Part shown: positions 38,845 to 49,971 of the stretch, one piece after another
Position numbering within the stretch: position 1 is the stretch's first letter
How the letters are laid out: each line of letters starts with the position of its first letter
Assembly (NCBI GenBank): GCA_049322915.1
Contig: JBMOPW010000034.1
Coordinates: forward strand, 160,001 to 224,000
Direction of reading: 5' to 3'
DNA length: 64,000 nt
Source: Candidatus Zhuqueibacterota bacterium
GTDB taxonomy: Bacteria; Zhuqueibacterota; Zhuqueibacteria; Thermofontimicrobiales; Thermofontimicrobiaceae
Notes under the pieces: generated by a model
Databases searched by the model: none
Told to the model about the DNA's origin: nothing
Seen by the model: only the letters and a program-made list of their open reading frames with translations
Made by a program: the position numbers and the translations under genes

Positions 38845-40332
38845 TCATTGCTGCTGAGCGGATTGCGATCGCGATGAGAAATATTTCCAGAGAAAATACA
38901 CAGGAATGCCCAGCAGAACAATGCCCACTCCCGGCACGGTATATTTCGGCTTGAAAACGAGAAGATCAATCGAGATCAATGCAATCGCCACCATATAGAC
39001 CACCGGAAGGATGGGATAACCAAATGCTTTATACGGGCGCTCCGCGTCCGGACGCTTTTTCCTTAAAATGAACAGGCCAATGACGGTCAGAATGTAAAAA
39101 AAGAGAACAGCAAACATGACATAATCGAGCAGGTCGCTGTAGGTGCCGGACAGACACAACACACTCGCCCACACGCCCTGAACCACCAGCGCAGCGCCGG
39201 GCACGGCCTTTTTATTGAGGACGCCGGCGCCTTTGAAAAACAGCCCATCCTGAGCCATGGCATAATACACCCGCGCGCCTGCAAGAATGAGTCCGTTATT
39301 ACAGCCGAAGGTCGAAATCATGATCAACACCGCCATAATCACAACGGCCGGATCGCCGAATATCATCGACGCGACGGCCGTGCCAACGCGATCATCCGTG
39401 GCGAACTGCAAACCGCGTCCCATGACAGTCGCTTCGGTCGGGCTCCCCTGCACTGGCAGCACGAGGATGTAAGCGAGATTGGCCAAAATGTACAGCAGCG
39501 TGACCGAGATCGTTCCCAGCGCCAGACTCAGCGGCATGTTTCTCTTCGGATTGATGATTTCGCCGGCGGTGAACGTCACATTGTTCCAGGCGTCACTGGA
39601 GAAAAGCGAACCGACCATGGCTGCCCCGATCGCAGCGACAATCATCATTCCGGCGAGCGGTTCGATGGAAGCAATGGCGCCGCCGTCAATGTGAGTCCAA
39701 CTCGCTCTCCAGAAATTGGAAAAATTTGCTGTAATGGCGTCGGCGTTTCTTCCAATCAAAAGGCCCAGCGCAATCAATCCGAGCAGAGCGACCGTTTTGG
39801 TGATGGTGAAGAGATCCTGCACAATCTTGCCCTGCCGCAATCCGCGGGTATTGATGAAGGTCAGAACGACAATGCTGAGGATAGCGAGCAATCGGGCTGC
39901 TGAAATTTTCAATCCCAGGATGGTGAACAGCACGTTTTTCTCGCCCAACGCTGGCACGAACACAGCGGTGAACTTCGCGAAGGCGACCGCAACCGCCGCG
40001 ATCATCCCTGTCTGAATGACCATAAACAGGGTCCAGCCGTAAAGAAAACCGACCAGCGGATTATAGGCTTCGCGAAGATAGACATATTGCCCCCCGGCTC
40101 TGGGCATCATCCCGGCGAGTTCGCCGTAACTGAGCGCGCCGAGGATGGTGATCACGCCGGTTATCAGCCAGACAAGCAGGAGGTAGCCAGGCCCTCCCAC
40201 TGTCCGGGAAATATCTGCACTGACGATGAAAATGCCCGAGCCGATCATGGAGCCAATCACAATCATGGTGCAATCAAGCAGACGTAATTCTTTTTTAAAC
40301 TCAGAATGTGATGCTTTGGATGATTGGGTCAT
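38845..40332 (-). CDS. APC family amino acid permease
   Basis: GSMIGSGIF, GALSYGELAGMMPRAGGQYVYL, GARVYYAMA and RPYKAFGYP. Confidence 0.95.
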   Translation of the reverse strand: MTQSSKASHSEFKKELRLLDCTMIVIGSMIGSGIFIVSADISRTVGGPGYLLLVWLITGVITILGALSYGELAGMMPRAGGQYVYLREAYNPLVGFLYGWTLFMVIQTGMIAAVAVAFAKFTAVFVPALGEKNVLFTILGLKISAARLLAILSIVVLTFINTRGLRQGKIVQDLFTITKTVALLGLIALGLLIGRNADAITANFSNFWRASWTHIDGGAIASIEPLAGMMIVAAIGAAMVGSLFSSDAWNNVTFTAGEIINPKRNMPLSLALGTISVTLLYILANLAYILVLPVQGSPTEATVMGRGLQFATDDRVGTAVASMIFGDPAVVIMAVLIMISTFGCNNGLILAGARVYYAMAQDGLFFKGAGVLNKKAVPGAALVVQGVWASVLCLSGTYSDLLDYVMFAVLFFYILTVIGLFILRKKRPDAERPYKAFGYPILPVVYMVAIALISIDLLVFKPKYTVPGVGIVLLGIPVYFLWKYFSSRSQSAQQQ

Positions 40333-40578
40333 TTATATGTTCCGATTTGGCTTTCCATTATTTTTCAGAGGATTGCTCTGCATTTTTTTTGCCGAATAAA
40401 ACTTTATAAAAACAATAGAAAGTAAAATAGAGAATCGCTCCCCATGCAGCAATGAGGAAAATCCACCCCCCGGCATTTAGACCGAATTGGTTCATTTCAT
40501 GAACTCCATATTAGTGATGAATGCACAGAATGCGCAGATCAGGCGACAGGCGTGGCGTTCTGCGCCATATCCCGTGCT

Positions 40579-42192
40579 TTACGAATTTTCCACCTCGTGA
40601 TGAATTGTGCCTTTCTTGTACGCGTAAGCAATGAGCAGAATACAGACGACGATCAGACCGACAATCATGAACCGGGCGCCCCACAAATATGGGATGTGAG
40701 CCGCGTCTTTTCCACTCATCAACAAAATGGGAATACCATCCTGAACGCCCCAGAATACCAGCAGGCCGATAAGGTAAACAGGAGTGATAAATTGAATGAT
40801 GAATTTAAATATTTTAGGAACGCGAATATCGGCCCCTTCATTGATTTCAGCCCATGCCCGTTTCATGCCAAAGATCCATGCGAACAGGATCACTTCGATC
40901 ATTGCAAAGACCACCAGGCCAAACGTGCCGGCCCAGAAATCCAATTCATCCAGAAAGCCATGACCGAGGAACATGACGACAGGGAGACCGCACAGCAATA
41001 GCACAGCGCCGATGACGAGCGCTGCCTTCTGCCGCTTCATTTTCAGTTGATCCTGCAAAAAAGCCATGGCCGGCGAGCACAGCGCCACCGATGAGGTGAT
41101 GCCGGCAAAGAACAGCAGGATGAACCACATCGCGCCAAACATCTGTCCCAAAGGCAGTTTCTGAAAAATAATTGGCATCGCCGCAAAGCCAAGATTGAAC
41201 GCGCCGCCGTCCGCGATGGCTCTGGTTTCAGTCAAACCGAAGAACGCCACAGCTACCGGGATAGCAATCGATCCGCCGAGGATTACTTCAGTAAATTCAT
41301 TGGTCACGGAAGTGCTCAGGCCGGTCAGGGCAATGTCATCGCGACGCTTCATATAGCTGGCATAGGTGAGAATCGAACCGGTGCCGATGCTCAGCGTGAA
41401 GAAAATTTGTCCGGCCGCCGCCAACCAGGGCTTCGCTTTGGTGATCTGACTGAAGTCGGGATTCCACAAATACCCGAAGCCATTCATGACGCTGTTTTCC
41501 GGCTGAGCTGGATCTGGTGTGCCCAGGGTGAAAACCCGAATCACTAAAATGATGGCGAAAATGAACAGCGTGGGCATGGCAATTTTAGCCAGCCGCTCGA
41601 TGCCTTCGGCTACGCCACGTGAGAGAACCCAGACATTTATAGAAATGGTGATGAAAAAGAAGATCAAAGCGACGAAGGGGATCGCAAGGACTTCTCCCGT
41701 GATTCCTGAGAAGTGTGCGCTGGATGTGATGCCTTGAAAGCTCTGCAGAAAAGTCAGCATGCTGTCGCGATCCAGGATACCAAAGTATTTGCCAGTGATG
41801 GAAAAGGAGCTATACGCCAGGGTCCATGATTCAATATAGTTGTAATAAATTGCAAAGGATATTGGGATGGCAATGCCCAGCGCTCCCAGGTAGTTGGCAA
41901 TCCTGGAGCCAACCCGCGACCTGGCTAGCGTACCAAAAGCGCCGGCTGCTGAGCCGTAATGGAATTGTCCGCCACGACGACCAATCGACCATTCCACCCA
42001 CATCAATGGGATACCCAGCAAAAGAAGGGCGACAAAATAAGGGATCATAAAAGCGCCGCCGCCGTTCTTGGCCGCCTGGACCGGGAAGCGAAGAAAATTG
42101 CCCAATCCGATGGCGTTTCCCGCCATAGCCAGAATGAGTCCGATTCGAGAAGCCCAGAGTTCACGGGACTGAGATTTCTCAAGGTCTTTCAT
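40579..42192 (-). CDS. Neurotransmitter:sodium symporter (LeuT-like) transporter
   Basis: REL.WASRIGLILAMAGNAIGLGNFLRFP, AGQIFFTLS and FFAGITSS. Confidence 0.95.
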   Translation of the reverse strand: MKDLEKSQSRELWASRIGLILAMAGNAIGLGNFLRFPVQAAKNGGGAFMIPYFVALLLLGIPLMWVEWSIGRRGGQFHYGSAAGAFGTLARSRVGSRIANYLGALGIAIPISFAIYYNYIESWTLAYSSFSITGKYFGILDRDSMLTFLQSFQGITSSAHFSGITGEVLAIPFVALIFFFITISINVWVLSRGVAEGIERLAKIAMPTLFIFAIILVIRVFTLGTPDPAQPENSVMNGFGYLWNPDFSQITKAKPWLAAAGQIFFTLSIGTGSILTYASYMKRRDDIALTGLSTSVTNEFTEVILGGSIAIPVAVAFFGLTETRAIADGGAFNLGFAAMPIIFQKLPLGQMFGAMWFILLFFAGITSSVALCSPAMAFLQDQLKMKRQKAALVIGAVLLLCGLPVVMFLGHGFLDELDFWAGTFGLVVFAMIEVILFAWIFGMKRAWAEINEGADIRVPKIFKFIIQFITPVYLIGLLVFWGVQDGIPILLMSGKDAAHIPYLWGARFMIVGLIVVCILLIAYAYKKGTIHHEVENS

Positions 42193-42195
42193 AAA

Positions 42196-43593
42196 CTAAT
42201 TTTCCTTCCTCGATTTGAAGTTCCAGAATAAATAAACCGGCACTCCCAATGCTACGATGATCAAGCCGAATAAGGAGTCTCGCGGATCCGTGATTAGCGT
42301 GTTTATGACAAACAAGATAGAGACTAAAATGAATGCGATGGGAATCCAGGGATAGCCCCAGGTTTTGTAGGGTCGTTCGACGTTCGGCCATTTCTTCCGC
42401 AGCACCAAAACAGCGCTGGTTGTGAGGCCGTAAAATAACCAGGCGGCGAAGATGACGTACGTGAATAGCTGATCGAAGCGCCCGGAGAGCGTCAGTATCG
42501 CGGCCCAGATGCCTTGAACAGTCACTGAAACGTGCGGCGTTCTGAATCGGGGATGCACATCGCCCATGCTCCTGAAGAATACTCTATCATCCGCCATGGC
42601 GTAGGTAACGCGCGCGCCCGAAAGGATCATGCCATTGACTGTGCCGAAGGTGGAGATCATCACTGCGGCGGAAATGAGAGCGCCACCGATGGGTCCTAAA
42701 AATGTTTTCATGGCATCGGCGGCCACCAGCGTGGACGTGCTGATGTCCTTGATTGGGAGGACGTAAGCGTACGCCCAGTTGGCGGCAAGGTAGACGATAA
42801 TGACGACAGAAGTTCCCAAAAATAAGGCGCGCGGGATTGTCCGTTGAGGCTCTTTCACCTCAGCGGCGACATAGGTGGTGTTATTCCAGCCATCATACGC
42901 CCACAACGCGGCAACCATGGCCACGCCAAACGCGCTGAGCAGGTTGAAAGAAAATTCTGCCGGTAATAGCGGTTTGAACGCCTCCGGCGAAGCATGGCCA
43001 GCAATGAAAGTCAGCACGATCAACCCGGCCAGAGCGGCGACCTTCAAAAATGTGAAGATATTTTGAATCCACGCGGCCAATTTCACGCCCAGATAGTTGA
43101 CAATGGACAGCACGATAATGCAGAGAATAGCCACTGCTTTAACGCCAATATCTTCGATGCGAAATTGAAATCCGAGGTCGAGAACGATGGTCTTGTGGAA
43201 AAGCGCCTGGAAGGATTCGGGGATGAAATAGCCGACGTACAACGCGAAGGCAACGGCGACAGCGGCTACGGAGCCAGCCTTGATGACAAGAAACTCGGTC
43301 CAGCCGAATAAAAATGCAGGAAAAATACCATACGCCTCGCGCAGATAAACATATTGTCCGCCGGCATGGGGTATCATGCCACCTAATTCCGCGTACGAGA
43401 GCGCGCCAAAAAGAGACAGTAACCCGGCAAAAAACCAAACAAAGATCATGAGTCCAAAGCTGCCAACCTGAGTAGCGATCGTATTGGGCACCAGGAAAAT
43501 ACCGCTTCCAATAACGGAGCCAATTAGAATCGCTGTCGTGTCCAAAGGGCCAAGCACACGAAGAAGTTTCGGCTCCGAAAGCTCATTGCTCAT
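42196..43593 (-). CDS. APC family amino acid permease (paralogue of 38845-40332)
   Basis: GSVIGSGIF, GALSYAELG, WAYDGWN and RPYKTWGYP. Confidence 0.95.
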   Translation of the reverse strand: MSNELSEPKLLRVLGPLDTTAILIGSVIGSGIFLVPNTIATQVGSFGLMIFVWFFAGLLSLFGALSYAELGGMIPHAGGQYVYLREAYGIFPAFLFGWTEFLVIKAGSVAAVAVAFALYVGYFIPESFQALFHKTIVLDLGFQFRIEDIGVKAVAILCIIVLSIVNYLGVKLAAWIQNIFTFLKVAALAGLIVLTFIAGHASPEAFKPLLPAEFSFNLLSAFGVAMVAALWAYDGWNNTTYVAAEVKEPQRTIPRALFLGTSVVIIVYLAANWAYAYVLPIKDISTSTLVAADAMKTFLGPIGGALISAAVMISTFGTVNGMILSGARVTYAMADDRVFFRSMGDVHPRFRTPHVSVTVQGIWAAILTLSGRFDQLFTYVIFAAWLFYGLTTSAVLVLRKKWPNVERPYKTWGYPWIPIAFILVSILFVINTLITDPRDSLFGLIIVALGVPVYLFWNFKSRKEN

Positions 43594-43704
43594 TTACTCT
43601 CCAGATTTTTCAAAAAAGGACAGTGAAACAAAGAACGATTTTCGTGAATGCGTACACCATGTGGAATGACGCACGAAGTGAATTTCGACACAGCCTCAAT
43701 GGGT

Positions 43705-44568
43705 CTATGCGGTCGCATTGGTCTTATCTGCATTTTTCAGCAGCATCATCTGCCGTTTTTTCACGATGATGGATAACAAAATTGAGCCCACCAGAATGAC
43801 CAGAATCAGAATGAGCGCGAGACTGGTGGGAATTTTCATATTGAACAACGGCAGAATCAGCTTGAGTCCGGCTAAAAACAGGATAGCGCCCACACCATGC
43901 TTGACGAATATAAATAAGTCCTGCATCCGCTCCAGGAAGAAATACAGGGAGCGTAATCCCAATATCGCGAGGATATTGGACGAGTACACAATGAACGTAT
44001 CCGTGGTCACGGCGAAAATTGCCGGAATGGAGTCCATGGCAAAGATCAGATCTGTGCTTTCGACTAAAATTAAAATCACGAACAGCGGTGTCGCATGGAG
44101 TCGTCCTTTAATTTTTACGAAGAAATGCTCTTTGTGCAACTGGTCGGTGATTGGAATGACCTTTCGAACATACTTCAGCATCGTGCTCTGTGACGGATCG
44201 ATTTTCCGTTCCTTGCCGAAGACGATTTTTGAAGATGAATAGACAAGCGTCAATCCAACGATATACAAAATCCAATGAAACTCGTGAACAATGGTGATGC
44301 CGACGATGATCAGAACGAATCTCAGAACGATGGCGGCTGCAATGCCAAAGTTCAGCACCCGTCTCTGATACTTGGATTCGATTCCAAAATATGAAAAGAT
44401 CATCAGGAAGATAAATAAATTATCGATGCTCAATGACTTTTCGATGACATACCCGGCTAAAAACTCCATCGCTTTAGCCGGGCCCATCATTACATAAATC
44501 CCTGCATTAAATAGCAGCGAAATTGCAATCCAAAAAACTGTCCAAAATGTAATTCTTCTTAGTGACAT
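43705..44568 (-). CDS. TerC/Alx family membrane protein
   Basis: GYVIEKSLSIDNLFIF and ESTDLIFAMDSIPAIFAVT. Confidence 0.95.
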   Translation of the reverse strand: MSLRRITFWTVFWIAISLLFNAGIYVMMGPAKAMEFLAGYVIEKSLSIDNLFIFLMIFSYFGIESKYQRRVLNFGIAAAIVLRFVLIIVGITIVHEFHWILYIVGLTLVYSSSKIVFGKERKIDPSQSTMLKYVRKVIPITDQLHKEHFFVKIKGRLHATPLFVILILVESTDLIFAMDSIPAIFAVTTDTFIVYSSNILAILGLRSLYFFLERMQDLFIFVKHGVGAILFLAGLKLILPLFNMKIPTSLALILILVILVGSILLSIIVKKRQMMLLKNADKTNATA

Positions 44569-44624
44569 GGTACATCAACTCTCTAATCTGAAAAAAACCA
44601 GTAAACCTCATTGTGAAAAGAATG

Positions 44625-46763
44625 TTAAATAAACAGCGGTGCGGCCACCAGAGTTATCGTGCTCAATAATTTGATGACCACATGCAATGAAGGTCCAGCC
44701 GTGTCTTTGAACGGATCGCCTACAGTATCGCCGACGACCGTTGCCTTGTGCGTGTCCGAACCCTTGCCCCCCAACATACCGGATTCGATATACTTTTTAG
44801 CATTGTCCCAGGCGCCACCTCCATTATTAAATAACGTCGCCATGAGAATGCCGGCGATAGTGCCTACCATCAATAATGCTGCGACAGCCTCTGCGCCGAT
44901 GTTCAAATATTTGAATCCGATTCCGACGGCCAGCGGTAATCCTACTGTCAACAGACCGGGCAAAACCATAAGTTTGAGGGCGCCGCCGGTGACGATATTG
45001 ACGCATACGCCGTAATCCGGTTTGTCTGTGCCGGCTAGAATGCCCGGCTTCTCTCTGAACTGCCGTCGGACTTCATTGATCACATAATAGGCGGCTTTTC
45101 CCACCGCTCGGATTGCCAACGCCGAAAACAGGAAAATCAACATAGCGCCCAGCAATCCCCCAACGAAAACTTCCGGTTTCGAAATGTCCACAGAGAGCAG
45201 TTCAACTCCGTAGTTGCGCACTTCTTCCAGATAAGCAGAGAATAGCAAAAATGCAGCCAATGCTGCACTACCAATGGCATAGCCTTTGGTGAGGGCTTTT
45301 GTGGTATTGCCGACGGCGTCGAGTCGGTCGGTCTTACGCCGAATGTCTTCCGGCTGCTGGCTCATTTCGATTATTCCACCTGCATTATCGGCAATAGGAC
45401 CAAATGTATCCATCGCTAAAATATAGGCGCAGGTTCCCAACATGCCCATCGTGGCGACAGCGGTTCCGAACAATCCAGCGCCGGAGTGTCCTCCACCCAC
45501 TACCAGTCCACTCATATTGCCCAGATAATAGGACGCCAGAATGGCAATGGAAATGACGATGATGGGCAATGCCGTGCATTCCAGGGCAACAGAAAAACCA
45601 GTGATAATATTGGTTGCCGGCCCGGTCTGGGAAGCAGTGGCGATGGATAGTACCGGACGGTATTTGTATTCTGTATAATATTGAGTGATATAGACAAATG
45701 CGATACTCGTGACGATTCCGATCAGACCACAGGCGAAGAAATACAGCCATGCGTACGTGGCCGTTTGTGTCTGCAACAACCAATAGGAACCAAATCCGAA
45801 ACCGATTGCAGCCAGAATCGATGCGATGTAATAGCCGCGATTGAGCGCCTGCATCGGATCGCCATCTTCCTTGGTACGAACGGCCATGATACCGACGATG
45901 GACGCGATGAGCCCAAAGGCGCGAACGACCAACGGGAACAGAATGCCTTTCAATCCGAAAAAGGGATACAGCGCCACGCCAAGAATCATAGCGCCAATAT
46001 TTTCAGCCGCTGTGGATTCGAATAAGTCTGCGCCACGGCCGGCGCAGTCGCCGACATTGTCTCCAACGAGATCAGCGATAACGGCCGGATTGCGCGGGTC
46101 ATCCTCTGGAATTCCAGCTTCGACTTTACCGACGAGGTCCGCGCCCACGTCAGCAGCTTTGGTGTAAATACCGCCGCCCAATTGCGCAAATAGCGCTACA
46201 AAGCTCGCGCCAAATCCATAGCCGACAATCATGTATGGAATTTTTGTCGCTTCGATACCCAGTGTTGTGATAATGGCAAATAATCCGCCCACGCCAAGAA
46301 GACTCATGGCCACTACAAACAATCCGGAAACGGCGCCGCCGCGCAAGGCAATCTGCAGGGCTGTGTTCAGGCTCGATCGCACTGCGGCTGCGGTCCGAAT
46401 ATTGGCTCGAATGGACACGAACATGCCCACGTACCCGGCGATGCCGGAACACAGGGCTCCCAGCGCAAAGGATGATGCTATGTATCCCGCCAAATCGATT
46501 GCCTGAGGGACTGGATCATAGGGAGTATGCGGTCGGACGAACGCGTATAAAATAAAAATCACAGCGGCGACCGGCAGACTGAGCAGAGCGATTGTCTTGT
46601 ACTGACGCGCCAAAAATGCTTCTGCGCCTTCTTTAATGGCGTCAGAGATGTATTGCATCGCTGGTGTTCCGGTATCGTGACGCAAAACCCATCTCGCTAA
46701 ATAAAGAGCAAAAGCCAGTGCAAAAATGCTGATTCCCAGGACAAGAGTCATTTCCAGAATCAT
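44625..46763 (-). CDS. hppA: Membrane-bound ion-pumping pyrophosphatase, K+-independent type
   Basis: DVGADLVGKVE, EDDPRN and DNVGD; GNTTK has Lys at the K+-dependence position. Confidence 0.95.
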   Translation of the reverse strand: MILEMTLVLGISIFALAFALYLARWVLRHDTGTPAMQYISDAIKEGAEAFLARQYKTIALLSLPVAAVIFILYAFVRPHTPYDPVPQAIDLAGYIASSFALGALCSGIAGYVGMFVSIRANIRTAAAVRSSLNTALQIALRGGAVSGLFVVAMSLLGVGGLFAIITTLGIEATKIPYMIVGYGFGASFVALFAQLGGGIYTKAADVGADLVGKVEAGIPEDDPRNPAVIADLVGDNVGDCAGRGADLFESTAAENIGAMILGVALYPFFGLKGILFPLVVRAFGLIASIVGIMAVRTKEDGDPMQALNRGYYIASILAAIGFGFGSYWLLQTQTATYAWLYFFACGLIGIVTSIAFVYITQYYTEYKYRPVLSIATASQTGPATNIITGFSVALECTALPIIVISIAILASYYLGNMSGLVVGGGHSGAGLFGTAVATMGMLGTCAYILAMDTFGPIADNAGGIIEMSQQPEDIRRKTDRLDAVGNTTKALTKGYAIGSAALAAFLLFSAYLEEVRNYGVELLSVDISKPEVFVGGLLGAMLIFLFSALAIRAVGKAAYYVINEVRRQFREKPGILAGTDKPDYGVCVNIVTGGALKLMVLPGLLTVGLPLAVGIGFKYLNIGAEAVAALLMVGTIAGILMATLFNNGGGAWDNAKKYIESGMLGGKGSDTHKATVVGDTVGDPFKDTAGPSLHVVIKLLSTITLVAAPLFI

Positions 46764-46891
46764 TGTAAATTCTCCTCTACATGATGAGTTACACCGATTT
46801 ATTATATCGACTGATTATTATCGGATGTAGTACCGCGAATAAGAATTACAATACAGTGGCAATCAAGAGTCTTCTTTAACAATGAAGTGAC

Positions 46892-48151
46892 TTACGTTGC
46901 TATATTATCGATAATTTCCCTTTCTGCGGAATATTTTTTTTCGGTTCGGGCGATGAACAAAGCGCAACTGGCATCACCAGTCATATTGACTGTTGTGCGG
47001 CACATATCCAGAATGCGATCCACACCCAGAATGAGGGCGATGCCTTCCAGAGGAATGCCGATCGTCTGCAGCACCAGGGTCAAAGTCACAATCCCCGCGC
47101 CAGGAACGCCGGCAGCGCCGATGGACGCCAATGTCGCGGTTAATACAATCATCAACTGGTCGATCATGGTCAATGACAGGCCGTAAACCTGGGCGATGAA
47201 AACGGCAGCGACACCCTGATAAAGTGATGTCCCGTCCATGTTAATCGTCGCTCCCAGCGGCAGAACAAAGCTGCATATTTCCTTTGGTACGCCAAGGTTT
47301 TCCTGACAGCATTTCATATTGAAGGGCAACGCCGCATTGCTGGAACTGGTGCTGAATGCAACCAGTTGCGCCTCACGCATGCCTTTGAAAAATTTCAACG
47401 GATTCATCTGCCCAACAATGCGGACCGATGTACTATAAACGACGCCGATATGAATGGCCAGACCGATGAGCACAACCAGTGAGTATTTAATGAGTGTGAT
47501 TAATATCGGCAATCCAAACCGCCCGGTCACTGCGGCAATCAAGGCAAAGACGCCGTAGGGCGCCACGTTCATGATGAGATGAACCAACTGAATAATGGCT
47601 TCATTCAATCCATCAAGGAAATTGACAACAGGCAAAGATCGGGACGATGGCAGATAGGTCAGTGCGATCCCCAGCGCAAGGGAAAAGAAAATCAATCCCA
47701 GCATATCGCCCTCAGCCATCGCCCGGATGGGATTGGTTGGGATGATTTCAAGAATAACGTCCACCACCTTTGGCTTGTTCGCCATGGCTTTCGCCAGTTG
47801 CTCTTGGGAGCTGTCCTGATAGTCCTGCATCAATTTGGCTTTAACAGATTCATTTAGCCCGGAACCAGGTTGAATGACATTGGCTAACATTAAACCAATT
47901 GTGACAGCGATGGCGGTCGTGATAATATAATAACTGATTGTCTTCACGCCGATTCGACCCAATTTTTTGAGACTGCCGAGACTGGCAGCGCCAACCACCA
48001 GCGAGGCGAATACCAATGGCACGACGACCATGGTGATGAGTCGAATGAAGGCTTTTCCCACCGGTTCCAGCCACACAGCCTTGGGTCCGAGAATTAGGCC
48101 GACGACGACGCCAGCGAACAGACCGATGGAAATTTTGGTGTAGATCTTCAT
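46892..48151 (-). CDS. Dicarboxylate/amino acid:cation symporter (GltP/GltT-like)
   Basis: AFSTSSSNAALP, GATINMDGT and DRILDMCRT. Confidence 0.95.
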   Translation of the reverse strand: MKIYTKISIGLFAGVVVGLILGPKAVWLEPVGKAFIRLITMVVVPLVFASLVVGAASLGSLKKLGRIGVKTISYYIITTAIAVTIGLMLANVIQPGSGLNESVKAKLMQDYQDSSQEQLAKAMANKPKVVDVILEIIPTNPIRAMAEGDMLGLIFFSLALGIALTYLPSSRSLPVVNFLDGLNEAIIQLVHLIMNVAPYGVFALIAAVTGRFGLPILITLIKYSLVVLIGLAIHIGVVYSTSVRIVGQMNPLKFFKGMREAQLVAFSTSSSNAALPFNMKCCQENLGVPKEICSFVLPLGATINMDGTSLYQGVAAVFIAQVYGLSLTMIDQLMIVLTATLASIGAAGVPGAGIVTLTLVLQTIGIPLEGIALILGVDRILDMCRTTVNMTGDASCALFIARTEKKYSAEREIIDNIAT

Positions 48152-49971
48152 TTTTCCCCAGTAATTTTGACTTCGGTAGACAGATGGCGGAACCAGCTAA
48201 AGTACAAAATGACGGACATGACGACCAATGCAATCAACAGATATGTAAATTGATCCCATCGACGCATAATGAATAACATCCAAATCATGAATAAAGACAA
48301 TTGCCAGGGCACTGCAATGATCGTTGAAAATATATCGCGGCGATTTTCTTTGTTCACTTCTTTAATTAAATACTGGGGAAATTTATTTCGGATTCGCGAC
48401 CACCAGCCAAACGGTCGGGTAATTTTGTAGAATTCAGACAGCACTACATCGTCGGTCGGTTTTGTCAGGAATGTCCCAATGATCATGGCAATGAGGGAAA
48501 CAACGGTCGCGAAACTGAAAGCGACATATTCGGGCACGTGCGGGAAAAACAGCCGTTGAATAATGGCGGCGACCATGCCGGCGGCCATGCCGATGGAGAA
48601 ACCATAACCGTTCAACCGCCACCAGTACCAGCGCACCAACAGCGGCACAATCATACCGGCGCCGATGCTCATGGTGATCCAACCCCAAATATCATTGATA
48701 TTTTTAATGACAACACTGAAAGCCAATCCCAGAATGACGATGAGCACTGAAGACAATCGGCTCTGGAATAGAAGCTCTTTTTCGCTGGCCCTGGGCTTAA
48801 TGAACGCTTGATAAATATCCTTGACCCAATAGGCAGCGCCGGCATTGACAGTGGGCGCAAAGGTGGACATGGCGGCAGCCATCAGCCCGGTGACCAGCAG
48901 CCCTTTCATGCCCACGTGGAACGATTCGTTGATGACAACAGGAATGACCATTTCCGGATCGGAAATCGTGTGATGCGCCTGGCCATAGGCCACGGCCAAC
49001 CAGGCAATCGCGGCGATGAACATCCAGCGGAACGAGAGAAGAAACGTCCAGAAAAGCGAGAGCAAGCCGGCTTCGCGGTCGCTCTTGGCGGCGAAGTAGC
49101 GCTGAATCATGTAGCCGCCTGTGCCGCCGCTGCCTTCGATGGTCACTTTGATCAAGTAAAAAACAATGGCAACAATGAAAAAGTTATATATCGAATAGAG
49201 CGATTCCTGAGGGAAATTCAAATTCCACGAGGGGATCATGCTGGTCCATGCTTCTTTGGTCATGGGGATCGTCTGAAATTCGTGATTCGGAAGAGGGATG
49301 GAGACGTTAAATGAATCAGGGATTGTCTTTCCAAAGGCGAGCACAGAAACGTAGACGATAGCCACAAAGATGAGAACAGCCTGCATTACGTCTGTCCAGA
49401 CCACGCCGTACAGGCCGCTCGCTGAAGCGTAAATGACGCAGAGCAGGATCATTAAAATACTTGCCCAGAACTCAGATGACAGACCAAGAAAGGCCGGGAT
49501 GCCTAAAAACTCGCCGATGAATTTGCCGGAGCCTACAGCAAAATAGGTGATCATTGCAATCGTCATGATGATGGATGCAATGGCGGAAATGAATCGCGCC
49601 AGGTCGCCCTGCTTATCCGTGCCAAATCGGAAGCGCATCCATTCTGCCATGGTCATCACCTGGGCGCGTCGATTCCATTTGCCCATGAAGATCATGAGAA
49701 ACGCCATGATCAGCGTGATGCCGCCGCGAATTTCAATGAACATCCCGGCTGCGCCGATGGCAAAAATCCACGCGGTGTTGATCATCGTACCGCTGACATC
49801 CAGATTGGACGCCATGCCTGAAGCGCCCAGCGCCCACCAGGGGATTTTACGGTCGCCCAGGAAAAAAGAATCGATGCCAGCGGACGCCTTCTTCTGAAGC
49901 ATCATTCCCAGGAACATAGTGAAGACAAGATAGAGACCGACAATACCGTAGTCGATTAAACTCATACTCAC
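48148..49971 (-). CDS. Sodium:solute symporter (SSS) family protein
   Basis: FFLGDRKIPWW, SGLYGVVWTD, QRYFAAKS and LMAAAMST. Confidence 0.92.
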   Translation of the reverse strand: MSMSLIDYGIVGLYLVFTMFLGMMLQKKASAGIDSFFLGDRKIPWWALGASGMASNLDVSGTMINTAWIFAIGAAGMFIEIRGGITLIMAFLMIFMGKWNRRAQVMTMAEWMRFRFGTDKQGDLARFISAIASIIMTIAMITYFAVGSGKFIGEFLGIPAFLGLSSEFWASILMILLCVIYASASGLYGVVWTDVMQAVLIFVAIVYVSVLAFGKTIPDSFNVSIPLPNHEFQTIPMTKEAWTSMIPSWNLNFPQESLYSIYNFFIVAIVFYLIKVTIEGSGGTGGYMIQRYFAAKSDREAGLLSLFWTFLLSFRWMFIAAIAWLAVAYGQAHHTISDPEMVIPVVINESFHVGMKGLLVTGLMAAAMSTFAPTVNAGAAYWVKDIYQAFIKPRASEKELLFQSRLSSVLIVILGLAFSVVIKNINDIWGWITMSIGAGMIVPLLVRWYWWRLNGYGFSIGMAAGMVAAIIQRLFFPHVPEYVAFSFATVVSLIAMIIGTFLTKPTDDVVLSEFYKITRPFGWWSRIRNKFPQYLIKEVNKENRRDIFSTIIAVPWQLSLFMIWMLFIMRRWDQFTYLLIALVVMSVILYFSWFRHLSTEVKITGEK

